Source: Candidatus Thorarchaeota archaeon
Lineage (GTDB): Archaea > Asgardarchaeota > Thorarchaeia > Thorarchaeales > Thorarchaeaceae
Direction: 5' to 3'
Length of the DNA stretch: 64,000 nucleotides
NCBI GenBank assembly: GCA_003345545.1
Contig: PRDH01000081.1
Span: 32,001-96,000, forward strand
The notes under the pieces were generated by a model. It was given only the letters and a program-made list of their open reading frames with translations. It had not been told where the DNA came from and made no database searches. Position numbers and translations under genes: made by a program. Positions 43,543-52,356 of the stretch are shown here, one piece after another (position 1 is the stretch's first letter; each line of letters starts with the position of its first letter).

Positions 43543-43810
43543 GGTCTTGCTGTCCAGAACAGCAGTTGCGCAGTTAGACTTACTGAACCCCAAACAGAAG
43601 AATCGGGTCAAATCGAGTCTAGAACAGTTGGAAGACGACCCGTTTCGAAGACGTTCTGGCGCGGACATCAAGAGACCTCTCACTCATGGCGAACTACCTC
43701 TCTACCGATTACGCATAGGTGACCATCGCGCCATTTACTTCGTGATAGAACATGAAGTCAGAGCCACTGAAATAATCCATAGAAGTAGAGGATACAAATG
43801 GTTGGAGTAG
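43529..43810 (+). CDS. relE: RelE/ParE-family toxin
   Basis: YRLRIGDHRAIY...IIHRSRGY; TTG start inferred. Confidence 0.88.
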   Translation: MTKYRVLLSRTAVAQLDLLNPKQKNRVKSSLEQLEDDPFRRRSGADIKRPLTHGELPLYRLRIGDHRAIYFVIEHEVRATEIIHRSRGYKWLE

Positions 43811-43830
43811 CTCACCTCAGATAGAGTTTC

Positions 43831-43937
43831 GAAGTAGAGGGGGCGGCGAACGCGGTGCAATCGTAAGGTTGCCTCGACGCCAAAGTGGAGAACTTGCTCT
43901 TGCTGTTCGCTGTTGAGCCACCCTTTCATTTTTCATT
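43831..43937 (+). repeat. Trailer repeat copy 6
   Basis: gaacgcggtgcaatcgtaaggttgcc...gctgttgagccaccctttc. Confidence 0.95.
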
Positions 43938-43998
43938 AGAGCATTACTCAAATTCCTCTATCATAGTAGTGATATTTGGAAATGTGAAGGATTGAATT

Positions 43999-44160
43999 AT
44001 GAAGAAGAACGCAACTCTCTTTGAATGTGAGGAATGCCATCTGCTGTATGATGAAGAAAGCTGGGCAAAGAAGTGTGAGCAGTGGTGTATCGAGCACAAA
44101 TCATGCAATCTAGAAATAGCTCGGCACGCAACGAAACAATCCAAGCTATCACTCTCATAG
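43999..44160 (+). CDS. Small Cys-rich (Zn-finger-like) protein, 53 aa, not in the ORF track
   Basis: MKKNATLFECEECHLLYDEESWAKKCEQWCIEHKSCNLEIARHATKQSKLSLS*. Confidence 0.7.
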   Translation: MKKNATLFECEECHLLYDEESWAKKCEQWCIEHKSCNLEIARHATKQSKLSLS

Positions 44161-44189
44161 TATGCTCACCAAGCGTTTCATACGGACAC

Positions 44190-44268
44190 GAAGTAGTGGC
44201 GGAGGGGACGGGTGATTTGGGAACTTTCCTTTAGTTTGTCGCTGTTGAGCCACTCTTTTTTCATTCAT
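44190..44268 (+). repeat. Trailer repeat copy 7 (diverged, short)
   Basis: gggaactttcctttagtttgtcgctgttgagccactctttttt. Confidence 0.85.
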
Positions 44269-44385
44269 CTATTCTTATGACTGGACTCTCGTTTTTGTTC
44301 GAATAAATTCCCGACTGTCACAACTCTAATATGATATTGTGATCTACATCTACTTTGAGTGGGCTAACTAGGATGGAGGTCAAAG

Positions 44386-45135
44386 ATGGCTGGCAATAGT
44401 CTTGGACTCAGTCCTCTTCAGAAGAGCATGATTATAGGCTATGCCTTCTTTGTTGTTGCGTACAGTCTAAGCATCATGACCGCACTCTTGATTGGAGGTA
44501 TCGGAGGACTTGTGCCTAGGGGCTCTCTCTGGTTCCGGGTGACCTACGACCTGCTCAGGCAGAGCACCAATCTTGCAATGCCGGTGTTCATCTCCATTCT
44601 CCCCCTGTTAGTCATGCTCAACCTGAACTATATATGGTTCAAACACCTATCCACGTCCGAGCCTCTCTCTGCAAGGAAAGTGTCTATTCAGACTGTCCTT
44701 GGCGTCTTCGTTGCTCTTCCTCTCTTGATACTTGCCGTGAGCATGATGGTCGTTTCTGCAGAGTCGATTATCGGGTGGTATGAACAATGGCCTGTCTATG
44801 GTGTTATTTTCTTCGTCGTATCTCTGCTGTACATGCTTGTAATCTCCGTCATCTCAGCAAGTGAGAAGAAGCGGTTCCTAGTTCAAAGTCTTACGAGTGC
44901 TCGCCTGTGGGTGCCATATGTCCTCGTCTCCGTCTTGCTGGCTTTCCCAGTTGCTGGAGTAATTCTCCCCTTCTTCAAGGGGTATTGGATGTCAATTCCT
45001 CTTGGCCGAGCGTTAGACACTTTTTTGAGAGCATTCTGGGTATCCTTGGTCCTGCCGGTTCTTCCGTACATATTTGCTCGCCTAAGCGTGAAACCTGATT
45101 CTCCTAGCGGATTCTCAGATGAAGGCTCGAAGTAG
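44386..45135 (+). CDS. Hypothetical multi-pass membrane protein
   Basis: About 6 TM segments; stop codon overlaps the next repeat. Confidence 0.75.
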   Translation: MAGNSLGLSPLQKSMIIGYAFFVVAYSLSIMTALLIGGIGGLVPRGSLWFRVTYDLLRQSTNLAMPVFISILPLLVMLNLNYIWFKHLSTSEPLSARKVSIQTVLGVFVALPLLILAVSMMVVSAESIIGWYEQWPVYGVIFFVVSLLYMLVISVISASEKKRFLVQSLTSARLWVPYVLVSVLLAFPVAGVILPFFKGYWMSIPLGRALDTFLRAFWVSLVLPVLPYIFARLSVKPDSPSGFSDEGSK

Positions 45136-45232
45136 GGACGGCGGGGAACGCGGTGTAATCGTCAGGTTGCCCCGATGCCAAAGTGGGGAACTTGCTCTTG
45201 CTGTTCGCTATTGAGCCACCCTCTCATTCTTC
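45129..45232 (+). repeat. Trailer repeat copy 8
   Basis: gacggcggggaacgcggtgtaatcgtcagg...ctattgagccaccc. Confidence 0.93.
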
Positions 45233-45320
45233 ACCCGTCTAATCACCCCAGTTGATTCTCCATTTGCTATCTGGGGATTCCATCTAATTCATCACTTGGG
45301 TGGAGTTTCAGAATCTCCTG

Positions 45321-46463
45321 TTAGGCCCTACCACCCTCCACGCTATCACCCGGCGTTCTTACCCTTTTCAACCACCAGCATAGGATAACAATGGCTGCTA
45401 ATCCACCAACGAGTAAGAGCGGTTCCAAGCCTATGCTAGGTCCACCACTCTCTCTGATTTCCAGAATGACGAACCCGTTATCTTGGTCTGTCATATAGAC
45501 TAGATTACCGACCACTTCAACACGGTTAGGCTTACCGCCATCGAAGTAGCGGGTAACTTCAGTAAGCTGAGTTGGATTTTGAATATCTAGTAGCAGTAGT
45601 CCTAATTCAAGATCACAGAGAAATGCAAGATTGCGCTCAGTGTCAATGTGAACAGAAAAAGCATCCAAACTCTCATTGAATTCAGATACAACTCTGATGT
45701 TTGATAGATCACTTATATTCAGTACCTTGAGGCTCTTATCCCAATAACTTAGAAAAGCTAAATCTCCAACGATCTCAAGATCACCCATGTCAGTATCGCT
45801 AGTCGACTGTCCTATGTACTGTGCTAGTAGTATTGGATTAGTGTAGTTACCAACGTCAAAAACAGTGAACCCTTTGTAGCTTGTCGTCACAAATGCCAGA
45901 TTATCCAAAACCTCAATATCGGTTGCACCTCCAATTGTGATGAAACTGCTCAGTAGTGTAGGTGTGGTAGGATCCGTCACATTGACAATCGTCAGTTTCC
46001 CACCACTGCCTGGGAATCCATTGGCAACGAAGGCTACATCTCCTATCACTTCTACATCCCACGCATAATCACCAGTGAACTGACTCAGAACAGCGGGGCT
46101 AGATATGTTCTCGAAATCGATAATTCTGAGTCCGCCATGACCATCCCCTATGAACACTAGATTATCACGCATGACAAGTTGGTGTGCATATCCACTTGAG
46201 GAAGAAGATACGTTTGCTATCTCAATCGGATTAGTCGGGTCACTAATATCAAAGACCTTTACTCCAGAGTAACCACATGTAACATAGGCCATGTCATTGT
46301 CGGTATCGACCCACACGTCATAGGCATCACCAGTTTCAATCTGTCCAGCTTTTGTTAGCACAATCCCACTCGTACTCGCTCCAGACGCGAAACAGATTGC
46401 TCCTGACTCTAGAATGAGGACTAACGCTAGAATGCAAACGACGGTAATGAGTCTGCTCTTCAT
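45321..46463 (-). CDS. LVIVD-repeat beta-propeller surface protein
   Basis: Repeated (V/I)xDxSxPTxP units, signal peptide, C-terminal TM. Confidence 0.88.
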   Translation of the reverse strand: MKSRLITVVCILALVLILESGAICFASGASTSGIVLTKAGQIETGDAYDVWVDTDNDMAYVTCGYSGVKVFDISDPTNPIEIANVSSSSSGYAHQLVMRDNLVFIGDGHGGLRIIDFENISSPAVLSQFTGDYAWDVEVIGDVAFVANGFPGSGGKLTIVNVTDPTTPTLLSSFITIGGATDIEVLDNLAFVTTSYKGFTVFDVGNYTNPILLAQYIGQSTSDTDMGDLEIVGDLAFLSYWDKSLKVLNISDLSNIRVVSEFNESLDAFSVHIDTERNLAFLCDLELGLLLLDIQNPTQLTEVTRYFDGGKPNRVEVVGNLVYMTDQDNGFVILEIRESGGPSIGLEPLLLVGGLAAIVILCWWLKRVRTPGDSVEGGRA

Positions 46464-46739
46464 TCTATGTTTCCTCCATCACTGATTTCCATCAACATTT
46501 CGGCTCCTAATGCCCTAATTCTCAGATTGCATGAAGACAAAATCATGCACCAAGAGTCGCGATGTTTCATTGAATTAAGAATGGCGTTCAGCGCAGGCGA
46601 TGTGTACATACTCCACAATGTTCGAGCATCGCAAGAAGCCATACCGCAAGAGTGTCTTCTTTCATGGCTGACATCGTGCATTAGAAATGTAATAGGAGCA
46701 GATTCCGCCGTTCCTAGGAACTGGATCTCTTGGCAGAGA

Positions 46740-46817
46740 GAAGTATAGATTGGTGGAGTCTGGTAATCAGGGAACTTGCCCCTGCTGTTCGCTGTTGAGC
46801 CACCCTTTTCATTTTTC
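46740..46817 (+). repeat. Trailer repeat copy 9 (short variant)
   Basis: cagggaacttgcccctgctgttcgctgttgagccacccttttc. Confidence 0.92.
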
Positions 46818-46958
46818 ACAGTGTTATCTTAATGAGTAGAGCCTATCTTCCTTATCGGAATGTCTTCGTTCGAAACATCTTTCACAGTTGTACCACACTC
46901 TATGAATCTGTGTAGCTTTATAACTGTCAGAACCCACGCTGATTTGAGGTACGCATCA

Positions 46959-47318
46959 ATGGTTAAAGAGATAGAGATTTCCGTGGAGGCTTACAGTCTT
47001 TTAGAAAAGGCGAGATTGCAGGGTTGGCAATAGCTGCAAGACACTTGAACAGAGTTGGACAGGTGCTTATATAGTTCAGTCCGAACTAGTCCTGTGAGGA
47101 TGACCCGACATGAACTCTATCCTCACGGAGTTGTGCCCAGTGCCGTCTTCTGGGCGGACAGCACTCTGGTGTCCAAGTTTGTCCAACTAACAATGAACGG
47201 TGAAGATATCAGTGATACGATCCTCCGCCTAATAGAGTTGAGAGAACGAACTGAATTCGTCAAGCGTCAGAAGCAAATTGCTGAGGCTGAGGACTTCCTT
47301 CCACTTAATCAATCCTGA
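46959..47318 (+). pseudogene. VapB-like antitoxin gene interrupted by a 177-bp insertion
   Basis: MVKEIEISVEAYSLLEKARLQG / EDISDTILRLIEL...FLPLNQS rejoin in frame when 47025-47201 is removed. Confidence 0.75.
47025..47201. mobile_element. Putative non-autonomous insertion (MITE-like) with subterminal inverted repeats
   Basis: GGT at both junctions; AGTTGGACA (47053-47061) / TGTCCAACT (47180-47188); internal hairpins. Confidence 0.5.
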
Positions 47319-47345
47319 GATTGAGTCAAGTCTGAAACCAGACAG

Positions 47346-47693
47346 ATGTCTTCATATACTCTGTCATACATAGTATACATGATAGAGATGGGCGATGTTC
47401 TTTCAGTCAGAATGGATGAAGAATTGGAGAAGCGTCTTGCATTCCTGATGGAGAAGAAGAAGATAGTGGATAAATCATCATATGTAAGGCAGCTCATTGA
47501 TAGGTCTCTATCAGATGATCTTCTCGATTATCTGTCTGAGGAAGTTGCTGCTAGACATATCAGCATCTGGAAGGCTGCTTCTATTGCCGGTATCCCACTC
47601 AGGGCCATGATGAGTGAGCTGGCAAAACGTAACATATCGATGTATGATGAACAAGCACTCACTGAGGACTTGATTTTTGCAGAGGGCAGATGA
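47346..47693 (+). CDS. UPF0175-family putative antitoxin (start probably ~47388)
   Basis: LSVRMDEEL...ISIWKAASIAGI pattern; precedes a DUF3368-like gene. Confidence 0.8.
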   Translation: MSSYTLSYIVYMIEMGDVLSVRMDEELEKRLAFLMEKKKIVDKSSYVRQLIDRSLSDDLLDYLSEEVAARHISIWKAASIAGIPLRAMMSELAKRNISMYDEQALTEDLIFAEGR

Positions 47694-47694
47694 A

Positions 47695-48198
47695 TTGATT
47701 GCAGTCGTCAACTCATCACCTCTCATATACTTGGGGAAACTTGGTCTTCTTAGCTTGCTACAACAATTGTTTGACCATGTGCTCACTGTTCCTTCTGTGA
47801 AGGAAGAGGTTCTTGATTCTTCTGCTTCTGAATATGCCACACTGCAGAGTGCATTCTCAGACTGGTTGATAGTGTCTGATGTTCCAAAAAGCGTTCTCTC
47901 AACAAGACTGAGCGATATGGGCCTCCATCAAGGCGAGGTGGACACTCTTGTACTTGCTTATCATACGAAAGAGCAACAATCCGATTCGGTCATTATTATT
48001 GATGACCTAGCAGCTAGAGACGTAGCTAGATCGCTAGGGCTGAGAGTGGCCGGAACTATCGGTATTATTCTACGAGCAACAAAGAATGGGTTACTTACAA
48101 AAAATGAATCACGCGCCAGAATTCGTTTTCTTGTTGAAGAAACATCATTCCGGATGTCAGCTGCATTGTACTCCAGAGTCATCTCTGGTCTAGAATGA
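47695..48198 (+). CDS. DUF3368-family PIN-like protein
   Basis: VVNSSPLIYL...LHQGE...IIDD..AR...GTIGII. Confidence 0.88.
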   Translation: MIAVVNSSPLIYLGKLGLLSLLQQLFDHVLTVPSVKEEVLDSSASEYATLQSAFSDWLIVSDVPKSVLSTRLSDMGLHQGEVDTLVLAYHTKEQQSDSVIIIDDLAARDVARSLGLRVAGTIGIILRATKNGLLTKNESRARIRFLVEETSFRMSAALYSRVISGLE

Positions 48199-48222
48199 GT
48201 GAATCTTAGAGTTACTGAGAAT

Positions 48223-48330
48223 GACAGGTATGAGCCCTCGACGGCGAACGCAGTGCAACAGTCAGGTTGCCCCGACGTCAGAGTGGGGAACTTGCCCTTG
48301 CGTTCGTTGTTGAGCCACCCTCTTCATTTT
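48223..48330 (+). repeat. Trailer repeat copy 10
   Basis: ccctcgacggcgaacgcagtgcaacagtcaggttgcccc...gttgttgagccaccc. Confidence 0.9.
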
Positions 48331-48406
48331 ACTTAGCGATTCCGCTACTAGGAACCACATCTTCATAGGCAGAGGGCACCATAAACACCAATGAGATGAT
48401 AGGTGA

Positions 48407-49075
48407 ATGAGTGATATTGAGCGTCAAACACTGTGTTTTCAGTACTGTGGTGAAGTGAATACTGAAAGAACATTGTTAGCTGCAAGAGAGCGCTGCAAGA
48501 CGCTTGATTTGAGCAAAGTGGTAGTTGCTTCCGAAACTGGAAGAAGCGCCTTGAAAGCTGTTGAGGTCTTCAAGAATTCGGATATCATCTTGATTGTTGT
48601 GACTCACTATCCTGCCTCAACATGGGGCCCAAAAGGAAGGATACCGATAGGTCTTGGTCGTCACGAATACACTGATACTCGAGAAGCTTTGGTTAACCAT
48701 GGTGTCAAAATAGTCCAGAGCACAAGACCATTCGCACCACCGTCAAGATCTTTAGACTGGAACTATCCTACGCCTGAGGCAATCATCGATCGAACACTCG
48801 ATGTATTCGGTTCCGGGACCAAAATTGCTATTGAAGCGGCAATCATTGCTGTGGACTGCGGAGAAGTCGAAGAGGGTGAAGATGTCATTTCATGTGCAGG
48901 CACATTCAAGGGACTCGATACAGCTCTATGCGTTCGGCCAACATATACGATGAATTTCTTTAAGTCATTCGAGATTCGAGAAATAATCGCCAGACCCGTG
49001 TGCAGAGTTCAGACACTGCCAGAGCATGAACACAAGAACTGGAAAGGTAACCTCGACCAATATCTTACTCAATGA
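48407..49075 (+). CDS. Pyruvate-kinase C-terminal-like domain protein
   Basis: GEVNTERTL...VVASETGRSA...FGSGTKIAIE...GLDTA pattern. Confidence 0.75.
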   Translation: MSDIERQTLCFQYCGEVNTERTLLAARERCKTLDLSKVVVASETGRSALKAVEVFKNSDIILIVVTHYPASTWGPKGRIPIGLGRHEYTDTREALVNHGVKIVQSTRPFAPPSRSLDWNYPTPEAIIDRTLDVFGSGTKIAIEAAIIAVDCGEVEEGEDVISCAGTFKGLDTALCVRPTYTMNFFKSFEIREIIARPVCRVQTLPEHEHKNWKGNLDQYLTQ

Positions 49076-49123
49076 CAACAAAGTTGAATCAAGAAAGTAG
49101 ATTATATCCATTCCACCACTCTT

Positions 49124-50143
49124 TTGAGAGGCCTTCTTCCGCCAAACCCTGAAATGCAAACCATTGCTGTGATTTGGCTCATGGTCTTCTTAGGAGGATA
49201 CATCGCAATCTACCTTCTAGCTGATCTCATCATCGACGCTCTAGAGAATCTCAGTCAATCATTTGCTATCTCTCCCATAGTCTTAGGACTACTAGTCCTT
49301 GGAATTGATGTAGAAGAGAGCATTGTTTCCTTAGTTGCAGCTGTAGATGGTCTCCCCTATCTTTCACTTGGCCAACTCATAGGAAACACAGTGATAGCAA
49401 TTGCGATTGCATTCGGCGTACCTGCTCTCTTTCTCAGAATTGAGGTCGACCAGCTTCCAAGATTCTACTATGCTGAGCTGGTGATTGCAGGTATAGTAGT
49501 GTTGGTATCAATGGTCCTGACAAGCTACCTGATCGTATTCGGACTTCTGGCCATTGCTCTCTTCGTCATTCATTTACGCCACACTTTTCACATACAAAGG
49601 GAATTCAGGTCGGCCGTCAGAAGTCCGGAACGGTTTGAACTGACTCCCAATTTGGAACGTGAAAAATGCACAGGCGAAAAGAGTGAAGGTCGTGCGCGGT
49701 TTGTAATCAAATTGCTGCTGGCTCTACTTGCTGTGTTCGTTAGCGGTGAGGTCTTGGTTGTCAGTGCTGAGGAGCTTGTCGTCTTAACCGGACTAAGTGA
49801 AACTTTCTTTGGATTGGTCATAATGGCGGCTGTGACCAATGTTGAGGAGTTCTGGCTCATTGTCAAGGCGGTACAAAAAGGTCAGACTGCATTGGGTGTG
49901 AGTGCGCAGGTTGGTAAGATAATCTGGAACACCACGTTAATCTTCGGGCTCTGCAGCCTGTTTCTGTTTCAGTTCACATTTGAGATGATAATGCTGACGA
50001 GCTCGATTATCTTTGTCTTTGCACTCGTCGTATTGGTAGTTAATCTCACTCAGAATCGATCATCGAGAGCGACCGGTATTGGCTATCTATTGATTCTCCT
50101 GATTTTCCTAGCCATCAATTCCCTTGGTTTTCTGATAGGCTGA
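49124..50143 (+). CDS. Sodium:calcium antiporter-like membrane protein
   Basis: Two internal repeats (LGLLVLG...EE; FGLVIMAAVTNVEE), about 10 TM. Confidence 0.8.
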   Translation: MRGLLPPNPEMQTIAVIWLMVFLGGYIAIYLLADLIIDALENLSQSFAISPIVLGLLVLGIDVEESIVSLVAAVDGLPYLSLGQLIGNTVIAIAIAFGVPALFLRIEVDQLPRFYYAELVIAGIVVLVSMVLTSYLIVFGLLAIALFVIHLRHTFHIQREFRSAVRSPERFELTPNLEREKCTGEKSEGRARFVIKLLLALLAVFVSGEVLVVSAEELVVLTGLSETFFGLVIMAAVTNVEEFWLIVKAVQKGQTALGVSAQVGKIIWNTTLIFGLCSLFLFQFTFEMIMLTSSIIFVFALVVLVVNLTQNRSSRATGIGYLLILLIFLAINSLGFLIG

Positions 50144-50157
50144 ATCTGGTGATGAAA

Positions 50158-50236
50158 GAAGTAGAGGCTGACGGAGTCAGGCGTTCAGGGAACTCTCCAG
50201 TTCCTCGAACTGGTGAGCCATCCTTCTCGTTTTCAC
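50158..50236 (+). repeat. Trailer repeat copy 11 (degenerate)
   Basis: gaagtagagg...cagggaactctcc...ctggtgagccatccttctcgttttc. Confidence 0.65.
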
Positions 50237-50273
50237 TTATCTCATCAATCTTAGAACAGGAGCAATTCCTCGA

Positions 50274-51053
50274 TTATAGTGCCTCTCTGACCTCTCTCTT
50301 GAAGTTCTCAGCGTCAAAGAATCCTGACCTTATTGGTCGCTGGTTGACAATGCAATCAGGGACTCTGCCTCCTCTCTTCTCAACCTCTTCAGGCTGATTG
50401 AGCTTGTTGATGGTCTGTATCGGGATGCTAGGAGAAACCTCTCTAATCAGCTGTACCATCTTTTCGACGAAGCGAATGCTGAATGGACAAGTCCCATCGA
50501 AAAAGATCAGAGCCTTCTCTCTGTCCTCGCTCCTCCGAGTGTATCTCTCTTTTGGAGGCGTGTAGGTTACACCATCCCTTAATGGGTAGCAGAGTAGGTG
50601 AGGATCTTCGGCGGTCGCACTAAACCCCTTCTTCCGATAGAACTCATGTTGAGTGTATGTCCCAGGAACATCAAATGCATTGGTCACAAGTGCTTTGACA
50701 GTCATATTTCTGAAACATGACACAGGAGTCGTCACATCATCGATCAAGCTCTTCAGCAAAGCGCTACCAATCCCCTTTCTAAGATGCTTGTCGCTTGGAA
50801 CGAATATGCAGGCTATTTTGACCACGTTTTCGTCTGGGCAAGGCAGGTATTGAATCATACCGACAGGTTTTGTACCATCGTAGGCGAGTTTTCCGATACA
50901 CCCTTTCTCGGCCAGCATACGTTCAACCCAATCAGCCTTCAGGCTTATTCCTCTCTTGAAGGAAGATTCATCAGCTCTATCAGCTGGCACACACAATCTG
51001 ACGAAGTCCTCTAGGTTCTCTCTGCTGACATTCCTAGTATGAAATCTAGCCAT
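50274..51053 (-). CDS. GNAT-family acetyltransferase (YoaP-like)
   Basis: VGMIQYLP...IACIFV...RKGIGSALL; C-terminal CPF. Confidence 0.85.
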   Translation of the reverse strand: MARFHTRNVSRENLEDFVRLCVPADRADESSFKRGISLKADWVERMLAEKGCIGKLAYDGTKPVGMIQYLPCPDENVVKIACIFVPSDKHLRKGIGSALLKSLIDDVTTPVSCFRNMTVKALVTNAFDVPGTYTQHEFYRKKGFSATAEDPHLLCYPLRDGVTYTPPKERYTRRSEDREKALIFFDGTCPFSIRFVEKMVQLIREVSPSIPIQTINKLNQPEEVEKRGGRVPDCIVNQRPIRSGFFDAENFKREVREAL

Positions 51054-51180
51054 ATGTTCTCATACACGCCATTTGTGAATTGCATTCTACGTGAGAGAAT
51101 ACAAGCCTTTCCGTAATCTCTGAATCACCTGAAGCAGAACCTGATTGAGCACCAAAAGCGCCAATAGGCTACCCCGCCGC

Positions 51181-51228
51181 CGAAGCAGGGAATTTGTCCT
51201 TTGCCGTTGAGCTACTTTTTCATTTTTC
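51181..51228 (+). repeat. Trailer repeat copy 12 (very degenerate)
   Basis: cagggaatttgtcctttgccgttgagctactttttcattttt. Confidence 0.55.
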
Positions 51229-51252
51229 GTTCACTTACATTTTCGAGTGAAC

Positions 51253-52179
51253 TCACTTGTTTCTGATAATGGTGAATAACAAAACCAGCCCAACCAATAA
51301 CCCGACTCCAGAGGACACGCTAAAGAAGAGGTTGAATCCGTGTGTTTCTGCTTGAGCGAATGTAACAGTGCTGAGTAAGGCCACCAATCCAGTGATGAGA
51401 ACTAACATACCTCTCTCAAGCCTGGAGAAATATCTCTGATCTAATGAGAATATCCGTATCCATAGTATTGCACTCACTATCGCCAAGGGGGGGATAGTGA
51501 CTAAAACAAACGAGATTGGAAGTAATAAGAGGCCACTGAGGACTGCACGTATCGTGAATAATCGTGCTCCGTACCTCTCAAACTCCTCTTGAGCAACACG
51601 TCCATAGTCCTTTCTAATCTTGGATTGATATCCTCTCCAGATCGAGAACTTCCATGCATCTACTCTTTGGTGAACGCCACCGGTCTTTGTCTGGTCCAGA
51701 TCTGGAGCATATTCGCTCTTGAGTATTGGAAGTATGTAGACCATGATGATTAGCGACCATACACCAAATATGGCTATGGCATACTCGATGAACGACAATG
51801 GCCTTGAGAGGAAGAGGGCACTCCATATTGTATAGATCGCATATGCTGCCAAGGCCAGCGCTGGAATTAGGACTAACAGAGTCGCCATTCTGAGCCTTTT
51901 CCTCTTTCCTCTAATCCAGGATGACAACACCCTGAAGACAAATGTGCAAAAGGATGCATAGGTCAGTGCTATTCCAAGACCACCCAAGAAGCGCATGACT
52001 GTACCTGTGACTACCGCAAGTGTCAAAAACTCCTCCCCGAGTATCAGTGAAATAATGTCCCACCCTCTGAAGAACAGTACTATTACATACAGAGCGAGTC
52101 CTGCTACTACTCCAATGATGTACGAATTCCTCTGATTATCCGCGATTCTTTTACTGAACTCTGCGATTGTCTTCTGCAT
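51253..52179 (-). CDS. Hypothetical multi-pass membrane protein
   Basis: 308-aa hydrophobic ORF. Confidence 0.75.
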   Translation of the reverse strand: MQKTIAEFSKRIADNQRNSYIIGVVAGLALYVIVLFFRGWDIISLILGEEFLTLAVVTGTVMRFLGGLGIALTYASFCTFVFRVLSSWIRGKRKRLRMATLLVLIPALALAAYAIYTIWSALFLSRPLSFIEYAIAIFGVWSLIIMVYILPILKSEYAPDLDQTKTGGVHQRVDAWKFSIWRGYQSKIRKDYGRVAQEEFERYGARLFTIRAVLSGLLLLPISFVLVTIPPLAIVSAILWIRIFSLDQRYFSRLERGMLVLITGLVALLSTVTFAQAETHGFNLFFSVSSGVGLLVGLVLLFTIIRNK

Positions 52180-52356
52180 CTGAGTACATTCCTCTGTGCT
52201 ATTGTTCCTGAGTCAGGACGTCATAGTCGATAATCATCCTGTGCATATTAGCATCGTGATTTGCTGATGTGAGCATCGACAGTCTTTCAAGAGTCTGCAT
52301 TGATGGAGGTGTGAGTTTGCATTAAGTGATCGATTGGCCAGACAACCCTCTTTATA

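Noticed and set aside
36486-51230. Repeat as classical integron attC sites
   Set aside because: The conserved GTTGAGC fits the R' consensus GTTRRRY. However, no RYYYAAC R'' box or end-to-end palindrome is present in the repeat, cargo lies on both strands, no IntI is visible, and the repeat is explained by pairing with the 16S leader.
36486-51230. Repeat as a CRISPR array
   Set aside because: Units are 50-170 bp, diverged, and separated by 0.25-2 kb of genes; no cas genes in the window.
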